Source: Eledone cirrhosa
Lineage: Eukaryota
Length of the DNA stretch: 64,000 bases
Assembly: GCA_964016885.1 (NCBI GenBank)
Contig: OZ024743.1
Coordinates: 179,180,001-179,244,000 of the forward strand
Reading direction: 5' to 3'
Shown one piece after another: positions 26,126 through 39,749 of this stretch (positions are counted from its first letter, which is position 1; each line of letters starts with the position of its first letter). The position numbers and the translations under genes are program-made. Below the pieces are notes generated by a model. The model searched no databases. It saw only the letters and a list, made by a program, of their open reading frames with translations, and had not been told where the DNA came from.

Positions 26126-26194
26126 AACCAAATAAATATATATATTTAAAAAAAAAATAAGACTCCAGTTGCATTTTCGATTTCATCTCTTTTT

Positions 26195-26241
<47 letters not shown>

Positions 26242-26306
26242 ATTATATATATATAATATATATCAATAATATTAATAAATGGAAACTATCTTTATAAAAT
26301 CATATT

Positions 26307-26367
26307 TATTTTATTATATATATTTCAAGGGTACCAAAGTATTGGCACGCTGTCATCAGATAAAATA
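26307..26367 (-). ncRNA. Minimal type I hammerhead
   Basis: Minus strand reads tattttat-CTGATGA-cagcgtgccaa..ttggtaccctt-GAAA-tatata-TA-ataaaata. Confidence 0.8.
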
Positions 26368-26515
26368 CAAAAGTTGTTTTATAAATAGTCACGTATCAAA
26401 AACAAGAACTTATCGTTTTAAGTTCGGTTTAAATAATATTCAATACTATTTAAACATAACTTAAAACGATAAGTTCTTGTGTTTGGATATGTCACTATTT
26501 ATAAAACAACTTTTG

Positions 26516-26578
26516 TATTTTATCTGATGAGGGCGTACCAAAACTTTGGTACCCTTGAAATATGTATATAATAAAATA
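26516..26578 (+). ncRNA. Minimal type I hammerhead
   Basis: tattttat-CTGATGA-gggcgtaccaaa ac tttggtaccctt-GAAA-tatgtata-TA-ataaaata. Confidence 0.85.
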
Positions 26579-26744
26579 AATATGGTTTTATAAAGATAGT
26601 TTCCATTTATTAATATTATTGATATTACACTCCAGAAGAAACTTGTAGAGTGCTTCGACTCTATTATAAATAAATTTGTTGAATAACCATAAAATTAAAT
26701 AACTCTTTGCTTATATATAATATATATATATATTATATATATAT

Positions 26745-26874
<130 letters not shown>

Positions 26875-27699
26875 GGAGTAACTACGTGTAGTTTATATAT
26901 AACGCCTGTGTATTATGCATCATCTGAGAGCATGTGTGAATGTCTAGATATGTACATATATTTATATATGTATATCTGCAACGTATATATATATATATAT
27001 ATGTATCTCTATATATATATAGAGAGAGAGATTAGGAAAAGCTGCTTCGTAGAATCAAGAGCTATCTGAGGACCTTGCGATTTTTAGAGTCAGGTTCGAA
27101 CATCACATCGATCGTGCCTCGAGCTGGTCGCCAGAGATTGTAATATGTCCAATAAATAAAGTTAACTAGAACTTCAAAAATAGATACCTTATAATATGAT
27201 TAATCTTCCCTGTATATATTCCATTAAAGAAATATATTTCACCAATTAATCGAATGGTAAACCGCGGATGCCGATACTTGGATTTTCAACAAGGAAGAAG
27301 TCCAGCTGCCTGTGTTTACGCATTAAGTTCAAATCAGCGACTGGCCAGTAACACGTGCTGTATCTACTAAAAATACACACATTATACCAGCTTTGTCACA
27401 GTGGCGTGAATTGGGTTATCGACAACTAGAAACAGCAGTCAAGTCCTTTCAACAGAGTTAGCTCTACAATTAAGGAGCCGTATTTATATATCTATATCCA
27501 AAATTAAGATAAATCAAAATGAATTTAATCTAAATCAAAATGATAGGTGTCATGCCACAAGGCATGCGCCATATCACCCGTAAATTAAGCTCTAAGATTC
27601 TAATAAATAGGTCCTCGTTATATATATAAATATAAATATATATATATATAAATAAATATATATATATATAAATAAATATATATATATACACTTACCTCG

Positions 27700-27870
<171 letters not shown>

Positions 27871-27876
27871 TAGTGA

Positions 27877-27995
27877 AGGCATGTGGCTGAGTGGTTAGAG
27901 AATTGGATTCGCAATCGTAAGGTTATGAGTTCGATTCCTGGACCAGGCGATGCGTTATGTCCTTGAGCAAGACACTTTATTTCACTTTGCTCCTT
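27877..27995 (+). mobile_element. tRNA-derived SINE (second family)
   Basis: A-box tggctgagtgg, B-box gagttcgattcc, body tgtccttgagcaagacactttatttcac. Confidence 0.75.
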
Positions 27996-28647
27996 CTACC
28001 TGGAGTTGCGACCGATAGATAGTATTAGCAATTGGAAAGACCAACGGAAACATTGTTCCCTCGGTCCGATTTGACGAAAGTCGATCGTTCCTTTATATAT
28101 GTGTGTGTGTGTGTGTGTATATGTATGCGTGTGTGTGTGTAGGGTTGACAGTATGCGTGTTCATATTGATTTCTAGCACAAACACTTTGCCTCGTACCTG
28201 TGGTGATGATGATGGGAGGGGCAATGAAATTAAATCTGTTCGTATGATGTGGCAACATGAGTGGCACTTACTTCTTCGATGTCAAAAGTATCAAACACAA
28301 AATGAATGTCGTCAGAAATTGAACTGAGAAAATATTGTGTCAGGAATAAATAGCACAGGTCATTTAATTATTTGCTCTCTCTAACAACCCAATCCATTGT
28401 ATGCTGATTTATGATACTACTCTATTAACTGACTTACAGTTAAATATTTAATGTGCTACGCAGGTGTTTATATATTTAAAACAATATGGAGATATCTATA
28501 CACAAGTCTGGATATAAAAGACCAAGCAGGCTTATGGCGTATAATAAGAGTTATGGTCATATGTATGCTTAGGCATAAACACATGAATACACACACGCGC
28601 ACGCACACACAGACACACACACACAGACACAGACACACACAGACACG

Positions 28648-28711
<64 letters not shown>

Positions 28712-28712
<1 letters not shown>

Positions 28713-29608
28713 GAGGTGTGTCAGAAAAGTTCCAGGACTGATGTCACAAAAGATTTATTTCAAACTTAAACTTCACACTAACAGTTTTCTCCTTCAGAGT
28801 AATCCCCCTGGAGTCTAATGCACTTTTCCATCCTTTTCTGCCACGCTTGCATGCACTCCTGCAAGGATTCTTCCGGGATCCTCCGCAGTTCTGTCGTCAC
28901 GGCCTTTTTGATGTCGCGTACGTCTTCAAAACGGGTCCCTTCCGGGTCGTACTCGAAGATCCATGTCTCATCACCAGTGATAACTGTCCCTAGCAAGTCT
29001 GGTTCGGTTTCAAGACGCTCGAGGATGTCCTGGCACACTTGCATGCGTCGACCCTTCTGGTCATCGTTCAGCAGTTTTGGCACCATCTTCGCGCAGACTT
29101 TCCGCATGTCCAAATCTTCAGTGAGAATCTTCCAGACGCTGTACCGATTCATGCCCAGCTCATTTGCCATCAGTCGAACAGTTAGCCGACGATCGCTACG
29201 CACCATCTGCCTGACGCACTCAACGTTGACCTCAGTCCTGGTTGTTGAGGGCCTTCCGCTCCTGGGTTCATCTTCCACATGCTCGCGTCCTTCTTTAAAC
29301 CTCTTGCACCACTCAAAAACACGTGAGTGTGACATCGTCTCATCTCCATACACTTGCGGCAGCGTAGTTTTCCCCGACCGTACCAGAAACGTCAAGTTTG
29401 TTGTTTGCTCTCTACTCATTGCTTGACGACCTGAAACAGAGGAGATGTACATAAAATTATGAAGAAAAGTTTTGATCGCTGCAGAGAGCTAAGATTACAG
29501 TAACATACTCCAGGGGGATTATTTGAAGGAGAAAACTCTTAGTGTGAAGTTTGGGTTTGAAATAAATCTTTTGTGACATCAGTCCTGGAACCTTTCTGAC
29601 CCACCTCG
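28712..29608 (-). mobile_element. Internally deleted mariner element (897 bp) with TA target duplication and ~103-bp TIRs
   Basis: TA|cgaggtg.gtcagaaa...tttctgacccacctcg|TA. The inverted match extends 28712-28814 / 29507-29608. Confidence 0.93.
28778..29452 (-). pseudogene. Mariner transposase with in-frame deletion of most of the DD34D domain
   Basis: HTH VFEWCKRFKEG..DEPRSGRP, (W)VPKLL, ITGDETW, then a jump from EYDPE to GTRFED with no second D and no YSPDL; C-terminal WQKRMEKCI..QGDY.EG. Confidence 0.92.
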
Positions 29609-29620
29609 TATATATATAAG

Positions 29621-30016
<396 letters not shown>

Positions 30017-30434
30017 GTGGTAGAACACTGGAAGGTAATATCCGTAGTGGTAGTGCACTCAGTCGAAGGGATGAATTAGGTAGAAGTGATTACACAACAG
30101 CTAGTTGTGTAATCCGCTAAGGTGAAATAGTTGTTCTCGGTATGGTGAACTAGCTGTTGTGTAACCACTTATATATATATATATACACATACAAGTATAT
30201 ATATAGTGAGTATTCTTACCCCGGAGTTTCACCTGCTCGTGGAACTCCAGAGTAAGAAGACAAACAATTTAGCCTTAAAAAAATGAATATACATACGGAC
30301 CTAACGCCTTTGTAAATATAAACGCTCTACTCTACTCATTAAAACCAGATATCTTTCAGCATTCCCTCGTATTTATATATAATAGTTTAATATATATAAA
30401 TAGTTATTTATAATAGTTTATTATATATATAATA

Positions 30435-30545
30435 GTTATTTCTACTTTTGGCACAAGGCCAGCAATCTTCCAGTATATTACTGGTACTTTATTTTATCGA
30501 CCCCGTAAGGATGAAAGGCAAAGTTAACCTCGGCGGGATTTGAAG
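30435..30545 (-). mobile_element. Meta-domain-like SINE fragment
   Basis: Family core. Confidence 0.75.
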
Positions 30546-31760
30546 CGGAGCCGCATATATGTGTGTGTATGTGTATGCTTGTGCGCTTATGTATGTATGT
30601 GTATGTGTGTGTACGTGTGTGTGGGCGTATGTGTGTCGATAGCAATGTAAATAATACAGATCAGGCATCGTTACTAGACTATGACTGATAATATGAAAGG
30701 TCGCATGTTGTATCTATTTCCTCATCCAACTTTCCTTTACTCTCAAATGTTGAGGCCTAGCTGCATATAACAATACCCACTCTTTATGTTTCGTTTGAAC
30801 AATTATTCATGTAACAGGCGAGGCAAGTACTGACTTTTAGTACCTTCAGTCAAATACAAGTCGTGTATTTATGTTGGCAAATTACTTTCCTTCATGTTTT
30901 CATCATGCCCACGATAGCAGATTAGTTGCGCGTGACCTAATCATAAGGGTTTTGGACTTACGATCCTGCACTGAGTCGTGGGTTATGTTCTGGATCAAAA
31001 CACTTCATTTCTCGTTGCTCCAGTACACTCACTTGAAAATCAGTACCATCTGCAATAGTTGGGGGTGGGTTCTGAATACACTTTGAATTACTGATAGATT
31101 TAATGTGATTTACTCTATGAATATGTTGCTAGAATATTTCCAACAGTATTAAGTAGACAACCCCACCGTCAGTACACGAAATTAATTCCTCCGAGGAAAC
31201 ACTTCCTCTATTAGAATTACGGCCTGTTAGGTTCTGAGTTCACATCTCAGCGAAGTTAGCTTTGCCTTTCATCTTTACAGGGCTGGAGTCGATTTAATCA
31301 ACTTCCCCGTCCCTAAAAATAGATGGCATTGTGCCTCAATCAGAATCCATCGTAGTTGTTACCTGTGAAAATTTAAAAATAAAAATAAATATTTAATGCT
31401 AATAAATGTTGCAGTTAACTTCTAGCATTCGCTTCGTGAGCTGTAGTATATGCAAGGAGGTAAGCGTAGGCAAAAGAAAGGGATTAACCACTAAACCTCT
31501 TGGTCGATAGATAAAACAGTGTAAACATATTTATTCATTTAATGTAATGTCATTAAATATATAGTCGATATTGGGTAGATTTGAACGTTCCTGACTTCAT
31601 CCACACTTTCTGTGAGGCGTTGAGATTATTTCTGCAAGGTTATAAATGTCACTGTCCCAACTAAGCAAGATTGGCGAACAGGCCACGAGTTTATTTACTA
31701 AAACACCTATCACACACATGTACTGGCATACATGACTTCCACATGTAGATCTCATGTAAT

Positions 31761-31807
<47 letters not shown>

Positions 31808-31875
31808 TATATATAGTGAGTAACAGCTACTGATTATATCGAATATTAGTCGAAAACATCGACCTCTCAAAAGAG

Positions 31876-31917
<42 letters not shown>

Positions 31918-32777
31918 ACCACCACCACCACCACCACCACCACCACCACCACCACCACACACACAAACACACACACACACTTTTACTTAGATGAGTATAT
32001 TCCTACAAAAGAGTTAATACATATCAAAGAACTATATCATTGAAGAACATAAATAATGTAGAGCCCCGTTAAAAACAAAAATGATTAAAAAACATACCAA
32101 GAACGACAACAAAAACACCCCCGAAAAAATTGTTCGATCAGCGAAAGAAACTGATCGCTAAATTAATATAAGAATGACTGAGCATTCCACAAACACGTGT
32201 AGCCTTACTGCAGTTTGAGAGAACATTCAGTGTAACACATTGAGTGGCAATTCTGGCCCTTTGAACTTTAGGTGAAATCAAGCCAACCAACCTCCAAACA
32301 GGTTCCGTCTACACAATTTCACTGAAAAGGAAGCCTTGGTAAGTAACACTTACTTAAGATGTCATGCAGTGGCATAGAACTATATAGCCAAATGATAGCC
32401 AAGTGGATTTTTTAACGATTTGGTGATGCTGCATCCACAGAATTATGGTCAGGAATCTTGGGTAATGACCAAAACAATACAATCGTAAATACAAACCGCC
32501 GAAAAGTGATTCCCCGAAAGGTCTTCTGAGTACAGTTACTCGATAGAAAGCGTAGCTCGGAGATCAGAGAGTCTCTTCAAGTAGGGTTGCTACTTCTCCG
32601 AATTGAGAGATCACAGATCCGATATTACGGATATTTGGTTAGAACACCTCGGATAGAATTATATATATATATATATATATATTGTAATAATAATAAATTT
32701 GGGTGAAAGCAGCGATTCTTTGCTTAAACTTTAATCTGTTATTTTAATAAATATATATATATATATATAATATATAT

Positions 32778-32839
<62 letters not shown>

Positions 32840-32890
32840 ATATATATATATATATATATAATATATATATATATATAATATATATATATA

Positions 32891-32945
<55 letters not shown>

Positions 32946-33023
32946 TATAATATATATATATATATAATATATATATATATATAATATATATATATATATA
33001 TAATATATATATATATAATATAT

Positions 33024-33077
<54 letters not shown>

Positions 33078-33081
<4 letters not shown>

Positions 33082-33270
33082 AAAATGTTTAACCTCGACA
33101 GCAGAGCTCAAGCGGTTTCGGCAGGTATTTCAGAAATAGCCGTCGAAACGGCTTGAGCTCTTCTGCCGTCGAGGTTAAACATTTTCCTATTACTCACTCT
33201 ACTACCCTAAGTATTGAGTATTCTGGTGCGTTATGGTCCATCTGGTTCTTTACCACATCTCCTTTATTGT
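33078..33270 (+). mobile_element. Fold-back HHR-tail element, GAGCTC family
   Basis: Palindrome centred at about 33131 plus tail. Confidence 0.8.
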
Positions 33271-33274
33271 ATAC

Positions 33275-33411
<137 letters not shown>

Positions 33412-33420
33412 TATATACAC

Positions 33421-33576
<156 letters not shown>

Positions 33577-33669
33577 ATATATATATATAAGTAAATATTT
33601 TACATTATCTCTCTCTATATATGTAGAATCTGTATTGGTGCTCTGAAATAGTGGGATATATATATATGC

Positions 33670-34360
33670 AAACATTTCTGAATGTATTGGCCAAACACTC
33701 ACTAGAGGCTGGCTTACACCTCAACATCTCCAAAATAAAGTGTATGACAAATGATAAAAGCAATGCCAATCTCCAACCAACAAAAGGCTCAAGTTACGGA
33801 GTTTGTATATCTTGGTCACAAACTACCATTAAACAACAATGGAATGGTTGCTGTGCTGTGTCGCATCATCCTAGGTTGGGTAGATTTCAACAAGAACAAA
33901 GAAGTACTAACATGAAAATGAATTTCCTATCACTTGAAGACTAAGATCTTCGATACTTAAATCCTACCAGTTGTGTTATATGGTCTTGACTGTGTTAATT
34001 GGACGACAAGGTCACTCCAGAAACTCTCTACATTCGAGTGAGAAACGCTCTACATCATGAGACTTATGACTGGCAAGCGGCTCAGCGACTGTATATGTAA
34101 CAGTGGGCTGCTCAACATCACCACGATCTGACCAATTACATCGGTTGTCAAGTCAAGAGTGCTTCAACTGTATGGTCATATCAAAAGATCAACTCGTGGT
34201 GTGAGTAAGTTATGCCTAGAAGGAAAGTTGGCTTGTAAGAGAAGCAGAGGTCGGTAGCCAAAACGATGGATTGATGTGCACTTGTGGACTTGACATTTGC
34301 TCTTTAAACTCTGCTGTTGGTAATCGAACTTTGTAGAGAAAAATATGTCATGTTGATGCG
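33670..34360 (+). mobile_element. Decayed RTE-type LINE RT C-terminal fragment
   Basis: [21 protein letters not shown] (frameshifted), ILPVVLYG, LYGHIKR, RSRGR.PKRWID. Confidence 0.65.
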
Positions 34361-34446
34361 CATTCTGCAACTGGCGGAGTTAGCGTCTAGAAAGAGATAT
34401 GAATGTATGTATTGTATATACTTAATGTTTATTATTAAATACACAA

Positions 34447-34520
<74 letters not shown>

Positions 34521-35999
34521 TATATAATTTATATGTATGGATTTCACCTAATTATAATATATATATACTATGCTATATGCAGGTAGATGGCCAGTTAGGA
34601 TATTGTAAGTGGTAAATGTCGAAGTGTCCTGAGGTAAGCACTCAACATCCTGAAACATCGTCGATTACATTTGCTGTTCCCGGCGGAGTATATGCAGTGA
34701 GGAATATGTATGAAAAAAGCATTTTTATAACAATTTATTCGGAAATTTTACATTCCAAATCTTTCGATGGGTTTGACGACTAGGAAGTGTATTGGTTCCA
34801 TAGTATCAATCCGGCCTCTTCAGATGGTCTTCCGAATATTATTTTTATCCACCATTTGCAGTCTAGATTTCATGCTGCAAAAGTTTTTGATGGGTGTGTG
34901 GCCTATCCTGGGAGGGGTGGGAAGGACGCATAAAGATTGCATATCCCGACATTCCAAAGATGGTTTGGAAGGGAGTAATCTTTGACAATTGTAACCTCTT
35001 TTATTTGGTTCTCAACTGTAAGAATGACTACATACTTCCTCTAGTCCATCACGTTTTACTAGCTTTATATGGACGTTTAAATTGATTAAATAAATAATTA
35101 AATACAAAACACCACCAAACGTCAATTAGGAACATTTCCCAATACAAGTTGAGTGCATTTTTGGGTACTTCGCGGTAAACACTACAAACACCACCGGATT
35201 ATTCTAACACATCAGGGCTCTTGGAGCAAACTTATCTGTTTTCATTTTTTACTTGAGACAAACATTGAAACATAGTCATAGTAGGAATGTCATATACAAA
35301 CCTTTGGAATAATATGAATAAATGAAGATGTAAAGTTTTTCTGCTTTTGTCTCGAAAGAGACTGTATCACTTTCCCCCTCAAATACACGCCAGGAAAGTT
35401 AATGCAATGGCTCTAATTTAAGAGATATAGTGAGAGACATTGAGAGAAAGAAAAAGAGTTGTATAGTTTATGTAGATATTGGCTTGTTCGTGCGTGTAGG
35501 TTTGAACGTGTGTGTATGTGTGTATCAAGCATATATATATATACAGTGTTCTGAAAAATGTATACACCCTTCAACAGCCTCTTAATAATTGTATGTATAC
35601 ATTTTTTGAGGACATATGCATAATATGCATATGCTTTATTCAGAGGAAACAAGGTAGGGAAAGAGAGAGATAGCTGGATATGAAGACCTAATGACGAAGC
35701 GGGAGAGACATAGACACCCTTTAATGATATACTGATGGGTGGACAATGGCTGCTTGTTAAATATCTAAAGATATATCACAGAAACACACGAGCGCACAAA
35801 AACAATCCTTCAATTTTTATTTGCCAAACTAACATGTTTATTTTTACTTTTATTTTAACGTTGAAATATTTTCTCTCTTGGTTATTGCCTGTCGAAACGA
35901 GTGCATTCTGAGATCTTTAGTGAAAGACTCTATGTAGTACTTAATGGTTTTGCTAGAATCATCATGATTTAATGTGCCAAGTAATTTGATATATATATT

Positions 36000-36040
<41 letters not shown>

Positions 36041-36179
36041 CTCGACTGTTTTCAAGTCCAGCAGTCGCAAGCGTGAAACTATTAATATTTGTAACATTTA
36101 CTGCTGCGTTTATCTGTTTTTTGTCTTCTGATATTCCGAACTATACACACACACACACACACACACACATACACACACA

Positions 36180-36518
<339 letters not shown>

Positions 36519-36666
36519 ATATATATATATATATACTTGTGTATAATGGTAGCTATGGTGCTTCCATAGGCGGTATGTCAAAATTAGCACACAATATTCA
36601 GCAGAATACAGTGTAGATAGTATAAAGAAAACGAAAAATCAGTGATGCATCTTGTTCAATTTTTTG

Positions 36667-36757
36667 CTTGTTACAATTGTTTCGCCGGCAGGTAGCTCTA
36701 GACATGAGCCCTGTATGGGTCTGGCTGATTCTACGGCTGCAGGTTCCTTTAGACACG
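36667..36757 (-). ncRNA. pLTR hammerhead, degenerate copy (core CTAAAGGA)
   Basis: Homologous to 42411-42501. Confidence 0.45.
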
Positions 36758-37263
36758 GGTAGTTCGTTCGGAGCAAATGTTATCACTGGGGTGTTATAAA
36801 AAAATACCCTAAAAAAACCTCTTCCACTCTTGTCATGCCATTGGCCGTTGTTGTTCCAGGTCAATTTAAGCTCTGGTCACTATTTACTGCTACACGGGTC
36901 ATCAGCCATTTTCCGTCCAACACATTTCAATGGAGTCATGCTGGGTTCGGTATCTCACACGTCTCTTCACACTCAAGTGCATGCAACCACAAATACAAAT
37001 ACACACACACATATACACATATGTACGCATACATGCGTAGACACACACACACCCACACACACACATATATATATACACACACACACACTCTCCCTCACTT
37101 CCACAGACCCAGACACACCCACTTCTAGATACAGACTGCCACAAGCCTGTTAATGCCAGCCTATGTGGCGCCATATATCCGGTCCGACAGGCATGGCCTA
37201 CGTAAACATACACATATACACATACATACCTATATAGATATATATATATATATATACACTCAT

Positions 37264-37295
<32 letters not shown>

Positions 37296-37364
37296 TTACA
37301 CACACATGCACACACATACATACAAAATATACATACGTACACAAAATTACATACACACATGCAT

Positions 37365-37397
<33 letters not shown>

Positions 37398-37972
37398 GAA
37401 AAAAACATTACATGCATACGCGCACCCACACACATACATACATATATACATGCAGACATATATACATCTACATATACATACGCACACGGACTGCCACGTG
37501 CAGACACCTGCACATATGCATATTTGCTTACACACACATGTTTCCATATATACATATATAAACAAAACCATAAATTAAAAATACATTATATAATAAAAAA
37601 AACACAATATACCATAAAATAACGGTAAAATAACAACATAAAATATCAATATAGTATACAATATAATATATATATATATCTACATATACACATGCACATA
37701 CATTCATACATACATATACGGATATATACAATGGATATATGATAAAATAATAAAAACAATAGTAATAAAATGTATATATAATCCATATATAATCATCCGT
37801 ACACATTCCTGTTAGATGTACATAAACATATACATGTATACACAAATACACATACACATATATAGAGGCCCACATATGCATACACCTGAACCCACACACA
37901 TATATATATATATATATACATACGCACCCACCTACACACACATACTCATACGTAGCTATACATATATACACT

Positions 37973-38925
<953 letters not shown>

Positions 38926-39749
38926 ATATATATATTTATATATAAATATACACGCACTCAGCCACATACGTACATACATGTACATGCATGCACACACACG
39001 CGCTCATAGGCTCATGCATATACGTATATAAGCCCATATTCACACCTCCATACACACCCACGTATATATATATATATCTACATACACACATACATATACC
39101 TACGCCCAGGTCCACACATAAAAACACCCAAATATAAAAACAATAGGATAATAAAATAAAATAAATAAATTTAAATATTTTGGAATACATTAAAATCTGT
39201 ATCTAACCTCACAAATAGATAGATAAAAAAAGGGCGGGTAGGGGGGGGGGGTATAGGAGAAGGTGCATGTATCCATGTGATATACTACACACGGGTAGTA
39301 TGAGGTGCAAACTTGTGTCCGTATATAGAACAAGTAACAGTAACAGAACAATAATAGAACAATAATGGAAGCAGTAATAATCATTGTTCCAAAGTGGAAC
39401 ATGTGGAGAGTATATAGTCACGATTGACGGGGTACACATTCAAGGGGACGTCCGGCCCAGTCGCCATGGGGCATGGCACCGTGGCTGGGATGTGCTATTC
39501 TATAGGTTTGGGGTATGGGACCGGGCGGCCGTGGGCCCCGTGTTAGCCGGTCCCAGCCCCTGCGATGTATCTGCCCAATGTTGTGTGCTCGGCCAGGTGC
39601 GCCCCTGGTTTACATATGTTTGCCTCACGAGTCGCACAATGTCATCGGCGTCAGGTCCCCTAATCCTGTTGGGCCGTTCGGGTCTGTGCGTACCTGTTCC
39701 CATACCCTCGGCCTGTGCCACCCGGAGGATTCCATGCTGCAAATGTGCA

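Larger units (their letters stand above)
24872..26145. repeat. ~1.27-kb palindrome (arms ~24872-25488 / 25523-26145) with outward-facing HHRs
   Basis: ORFs 24887 (+) and 25858 (-) are reverse-complement copies; 34-bp spacer; (TA)n flanks. Confidence 0.92.
26262..26623. repeat. ~160-bp inverted repeats (26262-26422 / 26460-26623) with outward-facing HHRs
   Basis: Arms are reverse-complementary; (TA)n on the left. Confidence 0.9.

Noticed and set aside
27060-27125. ctgagga-ccttg..cagg HHR-like
   Set aside because: GAAA and the NUH triplet are not intact.
28818-29426. 202-aa plus-strand ORF
   Set aside because: Antisense shadow of the mariner transposase.
34583-34633. Micro-exon between cAG and GTAAGC
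   Set aside because: Stops in all three frames, and no supporting neighbouring exons.
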